Notes: a model not told the origin generated them from the sequence alone. A DNA stretch of 32,000 nt from Tannockella kyphosi (GCF_021054785.1 NZ_CP088239.1:870001-902000), one strand, 5' to 3'; counted from the stretch's first letter, positions 8,284 to 18,344 are shown. Numbers and translations are program-made.

Positions 8284-10539
8284 ATGGCAAAAACAAAAAG
8301 AAGTGTAAAAGCAAAACAAGAAGAGATTAGTAAAGATTTACAAATGCGTTTAGCTGGTTTAATGGGAATGTTTCTTGTTGCCTTAGCTAGTTTACAATTA
8401 GGGTTTGTAGGTCAAAAAACACATTACTTATTTCTTGTTTTATTTGGAAATTTTACAGGTATTTTATATTTTATTTTGTTTGTTTTATTTGGCTATCTAT
8501 TAATAAAAGCAATTATTCCCAAATTTACTGGACCTCGTGCAGTAGGGCTTTATTTATTAATGCTAGGTATTTTGTTAATTATTAGTGTCCCAAGTAATAC
8601 TGAAATAGTTGGCTTTGATGTATTAAGTAGTTATATTAGTACATTGCCTCTTAATCGAGGAGGAATTATAGGATCTTTTATTTATTCTTTGTTTAGCATG
8701 TTATTTGATTATATTGGAACGATGATTGCGGCTGTTATCTTGATTTGTGTTGGATTAATTTTTGTTGGTGGTAAAGAATACACGGTATATATGCAAAAAC
8801 AAAAAGCAAAAAAGAAAGTCAAAAAAGAAGTGAAGATTGATAATCAAACATATCAAGTAAAAGAAGTAAAACAACCTAAAAGGAAAGAATTTTTTACTCA
8901 AAATGAAGTTAAAAAAGCGCCATTATTTCCAGAACAAGTATTTGAAGAAAAAAATATAAAAGAGGATACTCCAACTATTGATATTTTAAAAACAAATGAA
9001 AAAGTAGGTAAGGAACCTAAAAAAGTAGTTCCATTTACAATTATTGAAAATACGCAACCAGAACCAATAGAAGAAGAAGTTCCCTTGGTTTTACCAAACC
9101 AAGATGATACGAATTATCAATTACCACCTTTAACTTTATTAAAATATAGTAAAAAAACAAAATCTAATAATAAAGATAGTGCCTTAGATAATGCACAAAG
9201 ACTAACCAATGTTTTACAACAATTTGGTGTCAATGCTTCTATTCAAGATGTCTTTATTGGTCCTTCTATTACAAAATATGAATTGGTTTTAGAAACAGGT
9301 ACTCGTGTTAATAAAATCATTCAACTACAAGATGATATTCGTTTAGCCTTAGCAACAAAAGATATCCGTATTGAAGCACCAATTCCAGGAAAGTCTGCAG
9401 TTGGTATTGAAATGCCTAATGAGACTTCCTCTTTAGTATCTTTTAGAGAATTGTTTCATGATATTCCAAATGATTTAAAATCAAATAAATTAGTAGTGCC
9501 TTTAGGAAAAGATGTTAGTGGTCATTGTGTATATGCAGCTTTAAATAAGATGCCACATTTACTGATTGCTGGAGCTACTGGTAGTGGTAAATCTGTTTGT
9601 GTTAATACGATTATTTGTAGTATTTTAATGAGAGCAAAACCTAGTGAAGTGAAGCTTATTTTAATTGATCCTAAAAAAGTAGAGTTATCTAACTATAATG
9701 GGATACCTCATTTATTAACTCCAGTAGTAACAGATCCTAAAAAAGCTGCTAGTGTATTAAGAGAAGTTGTTAATGAAATGGAACGTCGTTATGATGTTTT
9801 TACAATGCATAATGTTCGTAATATTGAGTCTTATAATGAGTATGCTAAAAAGAAAAATGATCTTTCTCCTGATGAAAAGCTAGAGGTCTTAAGCTATTTT
9901 GTAGTTATTTTAGATGAAGTAGCTGATTTAATGATGGTAGCTAGTAAAGAAGTAGAGGATTGTATTATGCGTATTGCTCAAAAAGCACGTGCTGCTGGTA
10001 TCCATATGATTGTTGCAACCCAAAGACCAAGTACTGATGTTATTACTGGTGTCATTAAAGCAAATATTCCTTCACGTATTGCTTTTGCAGTGGCTTCCAG
10101 TATTGATTCTAGAACAATATTAGATTCTACTGGTGCTGAAAGGTTACTTGGTAAAGGAGATATGTTGTATTTACCAATGGGGACTAGTTCACCACAACGT
10201 GTCCAAGGGGCATTTGTTAGTGATGAAGAGGTTGCTAAAATAACAAACTATGTTTCTATTCAACAAACTGCTAAATATGCTGAAAGATTTGAAAAGATTC
10301 AAAATGAATCTGTATCATCATCTGATAATGATGATAATGATGAAGAGTATGAAGATTGTCGTAATTATGTAATAAGCGTTCAAAAAGCAAGTGCTTCTTT
10401 ATTACAAAGACAATTTAGAATTGGATACAATAAGGCAGCTCGTATTATTGATCAATTAGAAAGTGATGGCATCATTGGGCCTCAAATTGGGTCTAAACCC
10501 CGTGAAGTATATGTTAGAGCTTATGAAGAAGAAAATTAA
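8284..10539 (+). CDS. ftsK: DNA translocase FtsK/SpoIIIE
   Basis: It has N-terminal TM helices, a Lys/Glu-rich linker, a motor domain with Walker A GATGSGKS and VVILDEVADLMM, and a C-terminal gamma domain (LLQRQFRIGYNKAARIIDQLE). Its position is syntenic with spoIIIE. Confidence 0.95.
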   Translation: MAKTKRSVKAKQEEISKDLQMRLAGLMGMFLVALASLQLGFVGQKTHYLFLVLFGNFTGILYFILFVLFGYLLIKAIIPKFTGPRAVGLYLLMLGILLIISVPSNTEIVGFDVLSSYISTLPLNRGGIIGSFIYSLFSMLFDYIGTMIAAVILICVGLIFVGGKEYTVYMQKQKAKKKVKKEVKIDNQTYQVKEVKQPKRKEFFTQNEVKKAPLFPEQVFEEKNIKEDTPTIDILKTNEKVGKEPKKVVPFTIIENTQPEPIEEEVPLVLPNQDDTNYQLPPLTLLKYSKKTKSNNKDSALDNAQRLTNVLQQFGVNASIQDVFIGPSITKYELVLETGTRVNKIIQLQDDIRLALATKDIRIEAPIPGKSAVGIEMPNETSSLVSFRELFHDIPNDLKSNKLVVPLGKDVSGHCVYAALNKMPHLLIAGATGSGKSVCVNTIICSILMRAKPSEVKLILIDPKKVELSNYNGIPHLLTPVVTDPKKAASVLREVVNEMERRYDVFTMHNVRNIESYNEYAKKKNDLSPDEKLEVLSYFVVILDEVADLMMVASKEVEDCIMRIAQKARAAGIHMIVATQRPSTDVITGVIKANIPSRIAFAVASSIDSRTILDSTGAERLLGKGDMLYLPMGTSSPQRVQGAFVSDEEVAKITNYVSIQQTAKYAERFEKIQNESVSSSDNDDNDEEYEDCRNYVISVQKASASLLQRQFRIGYNKAARIIDQLESDGIIGPQIGSKPREVYVRAYEEEN

Positions 10540-10566
10540 TGTACTATTTATTAGTACATTTTTTTA
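10538..10566 (+). terminator. intrinsic terminator after ftsK
   Basis: The stem pairs aatgtacta with tagtacatt around a 5-nt loop, followed by a T-run. Confidence 0.7.
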
Positions 10567-10773
10567 CTAAAAGTAATTATGATGTTTTATTTGAAAATAA
10601 AACAAAGTGGTTATATTTAGTTAATTTATGTCATTTTTAATGCATTTAAGGGATTTAAAGGACGTATTTGAGTATTTTGTGTAAACAATTGTCGAGTTTT
10701 TAGTAAAAATGGCTTTTCAAATAAGTATAATAGTGTTAAAATTTCTCTAGAAATATTCTAAGGAGGAAAAAGA

Positions 10774-11853
10774 ATGAAAAAATTATTAGCTTTATTTTTA
10801 GTGTTTTCTGTTTGTTTAACTGGATGTTCTAGTAGTGACAGCGATACAGCTGCTGAAACTTATGAAATTGCGTTAGTAACAGACGAAGGTACTATTACTG
10901 ATGAGTCATTTAATCAAAGTGCTTGGGAAGCTGTTGTAGCTTTTGGAGATGAGTATGGAGTGACTTACAAATATTATGAACCACTTGAATTTGATACTGC
11001 TGGGTATACTTCATCTATTGAAGAAGCAATTGATAATGGTGCGAAAGTTATTGTTTGTCCAGGTTACAAATTTGCAGATGCTGTTGGGCAAGCGCAATAT
11101 GATTATCCTGATGTTAACTTTATCTTAATCGATTCTACACCAACTCTTGAAGGAGAAGAATGTGATATCGAATCAAATTTATATTGTGTTACATATTTAG
11201 AACAACAAGCTGGTTACTTAGCTGGTTATGCTGCTGTTGTTGAAGGATTTACTGAAATTGGATTTATGGGTGGTATCGCTTTACCTGCAGTAGTTAACTT
11301 CGGATATGGTTATGTTCAAGGTGCTGCTGATGCTGCTGAAGAATTAGGAGTTACTATCAACATGACTTACTATTATACTGGATCATTCAATGCAAGTACT
11401 GACATTAAGGCTTCTGCTTCATCTTGGTATGCATCTGGTGTTGAAATAATTTTCTCTTGTGGTGGAGGAATTTGTGATTCAATTTTCGCTGCTGCTGAAG
11501 AAGTAGGTGCTTATACTATCGGTGTTGACAGTGATCAAAGTAGTTCTTCTGACACAGTTATTACTTCTGCTATGAAGGGTGTTGTTAATACTGTATATGA
11601 TACTTTAATTCTTTATAGTGAAGGTAGTTTCCCTTCAGGTTATGAAATTTTAGGAGCTGAAGGTGATTATGTTGGATTATCTGATGATTTCTCTAGATTC
11701 AGTGTATTTACTGAAGATGATTATACTGCATTATTTGAAAATGTAAAAAATGGTTCAATTGCTATTGAAACATATTCAGATTATTCTGATTACGCTGGAG
11801 ATCCTAGCATGTTTGCTACTGACTCTATGACAATCACTTATATTGCTGACTAA
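10774..11853 (+). CDS. BMP-family (PnrA/Med-like) ABC transporter substrate-binding lipoprotein, probably nucleoside-binding
   Basis: A signal peptide with lipobox LTGC is present. The BMP-family pattern includes IALVTDEGTITDESFNQSAWE and GVDSDQ. An ATPase and two permeases of the same transporter class follow. Confidence 0.9.
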   Translation: MKKLLALFLVFSVCLTGCSSSDSDTAAETYEIALVTDEGTITDESFNQSAWEAVVAFGDEYGVTYKYYEPLEFDTAGYTSSIEEAIDNGAKVIVCPGYKFADAVGQAQYDYPDVNFILIDSTPTLEGEECDIESNLYCVTYLEQQAGYLAGYAAVVEGFTEIGFMGGIALPAVVNFGYGYVQGAADAAEELGVTINMTYYYTGSFNASTDIKASASSWYASGVEIIFSCGGGICDSIFAAAEEVGAYTIGVDSDQSSSSDTVITSAMKGVVNTVYDTLILYSEGSFPSGYEILGAEGDYVGLSDDFSRFSVFTEDDYTALFENVKNGSIAIETYSDYSDYAGDPSMFATDSMTITYIAD

Positions 11854-11857
11854 TCTT

Positions 11858-11888
11858 AAAAAGCACATAGTAATATGTGCTTTTTTTT
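11858..11888 (+). terminator. intrinsic terminator/attenuator between the binding-protein gene and the ATPase gene
   Basis: A 12-bp stem pairs aaaaagcacata with tatgtgcttttt around a GTAA loop and merges into a T-run. Confidence 0.75.
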
Positions 11889-11948
11889 ATAAAAAATATT
11901 TATATATAAAGTCGTTTCGTGTATAATGTTGACTAAAGGAGTGAATGT

Positions 11949-13481
11949 ATGGAATATGTTATAGAAATGTTGAATATTACGAAAGAATTTCCTGGTATCA
12001 TTGCTAATGATGATGTTACTCTCCAATTAAAAAAAGGAGAGATTCATGCTTTATTAGGTGAAAATGGTGCTGGAAAATCTACACTAATGTCAATTTTATT
12101 TGGTCTTTACCAACCAAATAAAGGATGTATAAAAATAAATGGTGAAGAAGTCAAAATTAATAACCCACTTGATGCCAATGATCATGCAATAGGGATGGTG
12201 CATCAACATTTTAAGTTGGTTCATAATTTTACAGTTTTGGAAAATATTGTTTTAGGGATTGAACCTACAAAAAATGGAAAGTTGTTTTTAAATGAAGCTC
12301 GAGAACGTGTTCTTGAATTGTCAAAGCAATATCATTTAAATGTCAATCCAGACGCTTTAATTAGTGATATTACAGTTGGTATGCAACAACGTGTTGAAAT
12401 TTTAAAAATGTTGTATAGAAATAATAATATTTTAATTTTTGATGAACCAACTGCTGTTTTAACACCTCAAGAAATAATTGAACTTTTAAAAATCATGAAA
12501 AACTTAATTAGCGAAGGAAAATCAATTATTTTTATTACTCATAAGTTAAATGAAATTAAAGAAGTAGCAAATCGTTGCACAATTTTACGTAAAGGTAAAT
12601 ATATTGATACTGTAAACGTAGATGAAGTTTCAAAAGAAGATTTATCTAGGATGATGGTTGGACGTGATGTAAATTTTGAAGTCGAAAAAAGTGAAATTCC
12701 TTTAGGGGATGTTATTTTAGAAGTTAAAAATCTTTCATACGCTCTTCATGAAACACATAAAAAGGTTTTAGATAATATTTCTTTTGATATTCATGCTGGA
12801 GAAATTGTGTGTGTAGCAGGTATTGATGGTAATGGACAATCAGAACTTGTTTATGCTTTAACTGGTATGTTAGAGCATACAGACGGAAAAGTGTTTATGC
12901 ATGGAGAAGACATAAGTAAGCATTCTGTTCGTAAACGTATTGAAGGTGGAATGGCTCATATTCCAGAAGATCGTCATAAACATGGGCTTGTTTTAGATTA
13001 TTCTTTAGAAGAAAACATTATTTTGAAAAACTATTTTCATAAGGAAATCTCTTCAAAGGGATTTTTGAAATTTAAAAATATCCGTGAAAGAGCAAATCAG
13101 TTAATTGAAAAATTTGATATTCGTTCTGGTCAAGGGGCAATTTCAAACACTAGAGGAATGTCTGGTGGTAACCAACAAAAAGTTATTATTGCTCGTGAAG
13201 TTTCTCAAGAATCAGATTTATTAATTGCTGTTCAACCAATCCGTGGTTTAGATGTAGGAGCAATTGAATTTGTTCATAAACAACTAGTGGCTCAAAGAAA
13301 TAATAATAGTGCTGTATTATTGATTAGTTTAGAATTAGAGGAAGTTATGTCTGTCAGTGATCGTATTCTTGTTATTTATGAAGGAGAGATTGTTGCAAAT
13401 GTTCGTCCTGAAGATATTACGGTAGAAGAATTAGGGCTATATATGTCCGGATCGAAGCGAGGTGTAGGCTATGAAAAATAA
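11949..13481 (+). CDS. ABC transporter ATP-binding protein with duplicated ATPase domains (sugar/nucleoside importer type)
   Basis: Walker A is GENGAGKST and a second P-loop is GIDGNGQSE. LSGGNQQK-like signatures are present. It is 510 aa. Confidence 0.95.
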   Translation: MEYVIEMLNITKEFPGIIANDDVTLQLKKGEIHALLGENGAGKSTLMSILFGLYQPNKGCIKINGEEVKINNPLDANDHAIGMVHQHFKLVHNFTVLENIVLGIEPTKNGKLFLNEARERVLELSKQYHLNVNPDALISDITVGMQQRVEILKMLYRNNNILIFDEPTAVLTPQEIIELLKIMKNLISEGKSIIFITHKLNEIKEVANRCTILRKGKYIDTVNVDEVSKEDLSRMMVGRDVNFEVEKSEIPLGDVILEVKNLSYALHETHKKVLDNISFDIHAGEIVCVAGIDGNGQSELVYALTGMLEHTDGKVFMHGEDISKHSVRKRIEGGMAHIPEDRHKHGLVLDYSLEENIILKNYFHKEISSKGFLKFKNIRERANQLIEKFDIRSGQGAISNTRGMSGGNQQKVIIAREVSQESDLLIAVQPIRGLDVGAIEFVHKQLVAQRNNNSAVLLISLELEEVMSVSDRILVIYEGEIVANVRPEDITVEELGLYMSGSKRGVGYEK

Positions 13482-14547
13482 AAATCTAATCATCGCTCTA
13501 ACTTCTTCATTGGTGGCTATAGTCATTGGTTTAATTATTGGTTTTATTGTTGTTTATCTTACTGACTCTTCTATTGCTGTAGATGCATATACAGTCTTAT
13601 TGAGTGGTGGTTTTTATAAAGGTATTAAAAGTACAGGTGAAGTTTTGTTTTATGCTATGCCTGTTATGATGACAGGGTTGTCAGTTGCTTTTGCATTTAA
13701 ATGTGGGGTTTTCAATATTGGAACTCCAGGACAATATATTTTAGGAGCCTTTACTTCGATATTTGTTTGTACATATTGTGACTTTATACCTTCATCAGTA
13801 CTATGGTTAGTTGCTTTAATTGCAGGTGGAATTGCTGGAGCTATTTGGGCAATTATTCCAGGTATATTGAAGGCGTTCCGTAATGTAAATGTTGTTATTT
13901 CTTGCATTATGATGAACTATATCGGTATGCTTCTTGTTATTAAGTGGGTAAAACAATATATTTATAATTCTACAGGTGCAACTTCATTAACTGTTTCGTC
14001 TGCAAATGCAGTACCTTCGTTTGGTTTGTATGATTTTTTTAATCGTTCAAATGTTAACATTGGTATTTTCATTGCAATTGGATTATGTATTCTTGCTTAT
14101 TTTATTTTAAATAAAACTACATTTGGTTTTGAACTAAAAGCTGTAGGGTATAATTCAGAAGCAAGTAGATATGCTGGAATGGATGATAAAAAATGCATTA
14201 TTATTTCAATGATGATTGCTGGATTCTTTGCGGGTATTGGTGGTGCTTTAGCTTATACTGCAGGGACTGGTAAATCAATTTCAACATCAGAAGTCTTAGC
14301 GGCTGATGGGTTCACTGGAATTTCAATTGCATTGTTAGGGTTTAATAATCCTTTAGGTGTTATTTGTGCGGCATTATTTATTTCGTACATTGAACTTGGA
14401 GGATATTATATGCAAGCTTATAATATTCCAGTGGAAATCATTGATGTTATCGTTGCATGTATTATTTATTGTAGTGCATTTTCATTCTTTATTCGAAAGA
14501 TTATTGAAAGCTTTTTTGAAAAAATTGGTAAAGGAGGTAAAGAATAA
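13471..14547 (+). CDS. ABC transporter permease (BMP/nucleoside system)
   Basis: It is a polytopic membrane protein. Its start overlaps the ATPase stop. It has the position and size of NupP-type permeases. Confidence 0.9.
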   Translation: MKNKNLIIALTSSLVAIVIGLIIGFIVVYLTDSSIAVDAYTVLLSGGFYKGIKSTGEVLFYAMPVMMTGLSVAFAFKCGVFNIGTPGQYILGAFTSIFVCTYCDFIPSSVLWLVALIAGGIAGAIWAIIPGILKAFRNVNVVISCIMMNYIGMLLVIKWVKQYIYNSTGATSLTVSSANAVPSFGLYDFFNRSNVNIGIFIAIGLCILAYFILNKTTFGFELKAVGYNSEASRYAGMDDKKCIIISMMIAGFFAGIGGALAYTAGTGKSISTSEVLAADGFTGISIALLGFNNPLGVICAALFISYIELGGYYMQAYNIPVEIIDVIVACIIYCSAFSFFIRKIIESFFEKIGKGGKE

Positions 14548-15509
14548 TGGTTATTTTTCATTTCATGTTTGATCAAATGTTATTGTTTTGTATTCCTTTA
14601 TTAGTAGTTGCTCTTGCTGGGCTATTTAGTGAACGAAGCGGTGTAGTTAACATTGCTTTAGAAGGGATTATGATTTTTGGTGCTTTTATTGGGATTTTAT
14701 TAATGTATTTTTTACAAACTTATGAAATTTTATCTGGTCAAGCACTTTTATTAGTTTGTATTCTTGCTGCTGCAATTGCTGGAGGATTATTTTCTTTATT
14801 TCATGCTGTTGCCTCGGTTAGTTTTGGTGCAGATCAAACAATTAGTGGGACTGCTTTAAATTTATTAGCACCTGCAATTGGTGTTTTTGTTGCTAAATTA
14901 ATTTTTAATGGAACTGATAGTATTTCATTTAAAAATGAATTTATTATTTCAAGAGTTCCAGTGTTAACAGATATTCCATTTATTGGAGAACTACTTTTCA
15001 CGAATTTCTATTTAACAACTTTTTTAGGGATTTTTATCTTGATTGGAACTTGGTTCTTCTTTTATAAGACTAAATTTGGTTTGAGAATGCGTGCATGTGG
15101 AGAATTTCCACAGGCTGCTGATGCTGCCGGTATTAATGTTGGTAAAATGCGTTATTTAGGGGTTATTATTTCTGGAGTTTTAGCTGGAGTTGGTGGGATT
15201 ATTTATGTTATCCCTGTAACAACTTCATTTGATAGCCAAGTGGCTGGATATGGGTTTTTAGCGTTAGCGGTTTTGATTTTTGGTAACTGGAAGCCTTGGC
15301 GTATTGCTACTGCTTCTGTGTTCTTTGCTATTTGCAAAACAATTTCAACAACTTATGTAATTGTTCCAGTATTATTAAATTCTGGAATTTCGCCAACGTA
15401 TTATAAATTATTACCTTACGTTGCAACTTTAATATTGCTTGCGTTTACTTCGAAAAACTCTGCTGCACCTAAAGCTTGTGGCGAGCCTTACGATAAATCG
15501 AAAAGATAG
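14547..15509 (+). CDS. ABC transporter permease (BMP/nucleoside system)
   Basis: It is a polytopic membrane protein. There is a TAATG stop/start overlap with the preceding permease, and SD aaaggagg lies upstream. Confidence 0.9.
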   Translation: MVIFHFMFDQMLLFCIPLLVVALAGLFSERSGVVNIALEGIMIFGAFIGILLMYFLQTYEILSGQALLLVCILAAAIAGGLFSLFHAVASVSFGADQTISGTALNLLAPAIGVFVAKLIFNGTDSISFKNEFIISRVPVLTDIPFIGELLFTNFYLTTFLGIFILIGTWFFFYKTKFGLRMRACGEFPQAADAAGINVGKMRYLGVIISGVLAGVGGIIYVIPVTTSFDSQVAGYGFLALAVLIFGNWKPWRIATASVFFAICKTISTTYVIVPVLLNSGISPTYYKLLPYVATLILLAFTSKNSAAPKACGEPYDKSKR

Positions 15510-15536
15510 ATTGTTCTTAGGAACAATCTTTTTTTT
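15508..15536 (+). terminator. intrinsic terminator after the ABC operon
   Basis: A 9-bp stem pairs agattgttc with gaacaatct around a ttag loop, followed by TTTTTTT. Confidence 0.8.
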
Positions 15537-15599
15537 ATGCTTTTAGTATAAAAAGCATCGTACATTGTGTATAATAATAAAGATAGAAAGGGATTAATT

Positions 15600-16868
15600 A
15601 TGAATAAAATAATAAAAACAGATGCATATACATTGCATGTAATACCAACAAAAAAATTTAAAAATATATCTATGTCATTAAAGCTATGTGCAAATCTAAC
15701 AAAAGAGAATGCAACTAAAAGAACGTTACTTTCTTTTATGTTTACAGCAGGTACGAATGAATATCCATCACCTAGAGAGTTTTCTACTTATTTAGAGGGA
15801 ATGTATGGGGCTAGATTTAGTTCTAGTGTTTCTTCAACTGGAAAAGCACATATTATCAACTTGACTAGTGTAGTGGTTAATGAAAAGTTTTTAATTGAAA
15901 AAGAATCACTAACAACGAAACAAGTCGATCTATTTAAAGAAGTATTATTTCATCCTTTTATTAAAAATAATCAATTTGATCAAAAAATATTTGATATGAA
16001 GAAAAAAGAATTGAAAGCACGTATACGTGCTAATAAGGATGATAAGTTTACATATAGTTTTGATAAATTATTAGAAAATATGGGAGATAATCATGTTTTA
16101 GGTATCTCTTCGAATGGTTATGAAAATGAAATTGATGAAATTGATAATAAGGAATTATATCAATATTTATTATCTTGCTTAAAAAATGATGAAAAATATA
16201 TATATGTAGTAGGGGATGTTGATGAAAATATTCAAACTATTTTTGAAAATAACTTATTATTTGATAAGCAAATTCAAAATATTGAATCCGCTTATCCTTT
16301 TGAAAGCAATAGAGCAGAAGTTTTAGAAATTATTGAAAAGCAAGATATTAAACAAGCAAAATTAAATATGGGATATACAATTGATTGTAGTATTTTAGAT
16401 AATAAACATTTTGCTTTTACATTATTTAATTCTATCTTTGGAGGATTCTCTCAATCTAAATTATTTAAAGTGGTAAGAGAAAAACATAGTTTATGTTATT
16501 ATGTTTCTTCAAATTATGATTCTTTTAATGGGGTTATGATTGTTTGTGCAGGTATTGAAGGGGATGATTATTTAAAAACACGTTCTCTAATTGAAGAACA
16601 ATTAGTATGTATGCAAAAAGGAGAATTTAGTGAAGAGGATATAAATATAGCGAAAATGATGATTAAAAATACGCTTATTAAGTCAAATGATGAACCTGGT
16701 AGTATGATTGCTAGTGCTTTTAAACGTGATTTAATTGGTCAAGTAATGGATTCTAATGAGTATTTTGAGAAGATATTAGCGATAACGAAAGATGAAATTA
16801 TGGAAGCTGCTAATGGTATTAAATTAGATACTGTATTCTTATTAACAGGAGGTAATGAAAATGAATAA
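15600..16868 (+). CDS. M16-family (pitrilysin-like) peptidase subunit lacking the HxxEH zinc motif (YmfF-like, probably non-catalytic)
   Basis: The M16 fold pattern is present, but the position of the zinc motif reads LLSFMFTAGT. I take the start at ATG 15600 because the listed GTG at 15567 overlaps a TATAAT box at 15570-15575. It is paired with the next gene as in B. subtilis ymfF/ymfH. Confidence 0.8.
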   Translation: MNKIIKTDAYTLHVIPTKKFKNISMSLKLCANLTKENATKRTLLSFMFTAGTNEYPSPREFSTYLEGMYGARFSSSVSSTGKAHIINLTSVVVNEKFLIEKESLTTKQVDLFKEVLFHPFIKNNQFDQKIFDMKKKELKARIRANKDDKFTYSFDKLLENMGDNHVLGISSNGYENEIDEIDNKELYQYLLSCLKNDEKYIYVVGDVDENIQTIFENNLLFDKQIQNIESAYPFESNRAEVLEIIEKQDIKQAKLNMGYTIDCSILDNKHFAFTLFNSIFGGFSQSKLFKVVREKHSLCYYVSSNYDSFNGVMIVCAGIEGDDYLKTRSLIEEQLVCMQKGEFSEEDINIAKMMIKNTLIKSNDEPGSMIASAFKRDLIGQVMDSNEYFEKILAITKDEIMEAANGIKLDTVFLLTGGNENE

Positions 16869-18141
16869 AACATATTATCAAAGTTTACAAGAAACGGTTT
16901 ACCATGAAACAATGGAAAATGGTTTGGAAGTATATTTGATTCAAAAATTAGGATTTGAAAAAACATTTGGTTTATTTAATACTTGTTTTGGATCAGTTGA
17001 TACTACTTTTGTTCCTTTAGGACAAAGTGAAATGGTGAATGTTGAAGATGGAGTTGCTCATTTTTTAGAACATAAAATGTTTGATATGAATGGTGGAGAT
17101 GCTTCTGATGAGTTCGCTAAATTAGGGGCTAGTACCAATGCATATACTTCATCTAGTCGAACTGCTTATCAATTTACAGCTACAAGTAATATTAATGAGT
17201 GTATTGAATTATTATTAGATTTTGTACAATCATTAGAAATTAGTGAAGAAAGTGTTGAAAAAGAAAAAGGAATTATTACGCAAGAGATACGTATGTACGA
17301 TGATGATCCTGATTGGCGTGTGTATTTTGGGTCAATTCAAAACTTATATCAACATCATCCAGTAGGCGTAGATATCGCTGGAGATAAGGAAAGTGTTCAT
17401 CGTACTTCTAAAGAAATGTTAGAAACATGTTATCAAACTTTTTATCATCCTAGTAATATGATGCTTGTTGTTGTTGGTAATATTGAAGTAGAAGCTACGA
17501 TGGAATTGATTCGTCAAAATCAAGCGAATAAAACATTTGAATTACCTAAACCAATTGTTCGTCATCAAACAATAGAACCAAAAGAAGTGAAATTAGAACG
17601 CAGTGAATTGATTATGGATGTTGAATTAAATAAAATCATTTTATCTATTAAAGTAAATGATATTGTAGAAGATACTGTAGCTAAAATTAAAAGAGAGTTA
17701 GCTATTAATATATTGTTTGATTTATTGTTTTCTAAGAGCTCTAAAATTTACAATGATTGGTTAGAAGAAGGTATTATCAATAGTAGTTTTTCTGCTAGTT
17801 ATACTCAAGAAAGAGATTATGCTTTTATCTTAATAGGTGGTGATGTTGATGACTATCAAAAACTAGAAGAAACATTAATGAAGTTTTTAGATGACTTAGT
17901 AAATCTAGAAATTCATGAATCTGATTTTTTAAGAATGAAAAGAAAAAACATGGGGATGTTTATTAATATGTATAATTCACCTGAAAGTATTGCGAATATG
18001 TTTAGTCGTTATTATTTTGAAGGAGTCCATTCTTTTGAATTAATTGAATTATTAAATACGATTACATTAGAAGATGTGTATAATACAATTCTATTATTTG
18101 ACAAAAAATACGCAAGTATTTGTATTGTTAAAAGCAAATAA
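16861..18141 (+). CDS. M16-family zinc peptidase with intact HxxEH motif (YmfH-like)
   Basis: VAHFLEHKMF contains HFLEH. I prefer ATG 16861 (8 nt after aggagg) over 16855. It overlaps the stop of the preceding gene. Confidence 0.85.
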   Translation: MNKTYYQSLQETVYHETMENGLEVYLIQKLGFEKTFGLFNTCFGSVDTTFVPLGQSEMVNVEDGVAHFLEHKMFDMNGGDASDEFAKLGASTNAYTSSSRTAYQFTATSNINECIELLLDFVQSLEISEESVEKEKGIITQEIRMYDDDPDWRVYFGSIQNLYQHHPVGVDIAGDKESVHRTSKEMLETCYQTFYHPSNMMLVVVGNIEVEATMELIRQNQANKTFELPKPIVRHQTIEPKEVKLERSELIMDVELNKIILSIKVNDIVEDTVAKIKRELAINILFDLLFSKSSKIYNDWLEEGIINSSFSASYTQERDYAFILIGGDVDDYQKLEETLMKFLDDLVNLEIHESDFLRMKRKNMGMFINMYNSPESIANMFSRYYFEGVHSFELIELLNTITLEDVYNTILLFDKKYASICIVKSK

Positions 18142-18164
18142 GGGTTTTATAATTGATTAATTCA

Positions 18165-18173
18165 TGCTATAAT
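18165..18173 (+). promoter_or_regulatory. extended -10 promoter element (TGcTATAAT) for the DUF896-tkt unit
   Basis: TGcTATAAT is an exact TGnTATAAT match, located about 170 nt upstream of the DUF896 start codon. Confidence 0.45.
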
Positions 18174-18344
18174 ATTGTAGCTGGGAAGTAATAATTTCCT
18201 AACTTTAGATACGGGAATCTGATTTAACTTGTGGTGTTGAAAACCTTTCATAGAATAGGGATCCTAAAACAAAGTTATAGATGCCCACCTGTAATTACCA
18301 GGGATAATCTAACTCTTCCTAGCTATTTAAATAAGGAGAAACAA

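Noticed and set aside
10679-10754. Palindromes upstream of the BMP lipoprotein gene. One is tgtaaACAATTGTcga (cre/LacI-like). The other is atttct-ct-agaaat between the -10 and the SD (CodY-like).
   Set aside because: The first lacks the central CG of cre. The second matches the CodY consensus AATTTTCWGAAAATT at only about 8-9 of 15 positions in any register. They may be operators, but I cannot assign a regulator. The hairpin gttttatt-tgaa-aataaaac at 10584-10603 also has no T-run.
18280-18312. Partial resemblance of acctgtaattaccagggataatc to the TPP (THI-box) riboswitch core ACCUGAUCUGGAUAAUGCCAGCG, upstream of a TPP-dependent enzyme gene.
   Set aside because: The obligatory CUGAGA element and the P1-P3 architecture are absent. 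The match is short and interrupted, and TPP riboswitches control thiamine genes rather than tkt.
18142-18344. A LexA (SOS) box upstream of ynzC, as expected from B. subtilis.
   Set aside because: No GAAC-N4-GTTC type sequence is present anywhere in the intergenic region.
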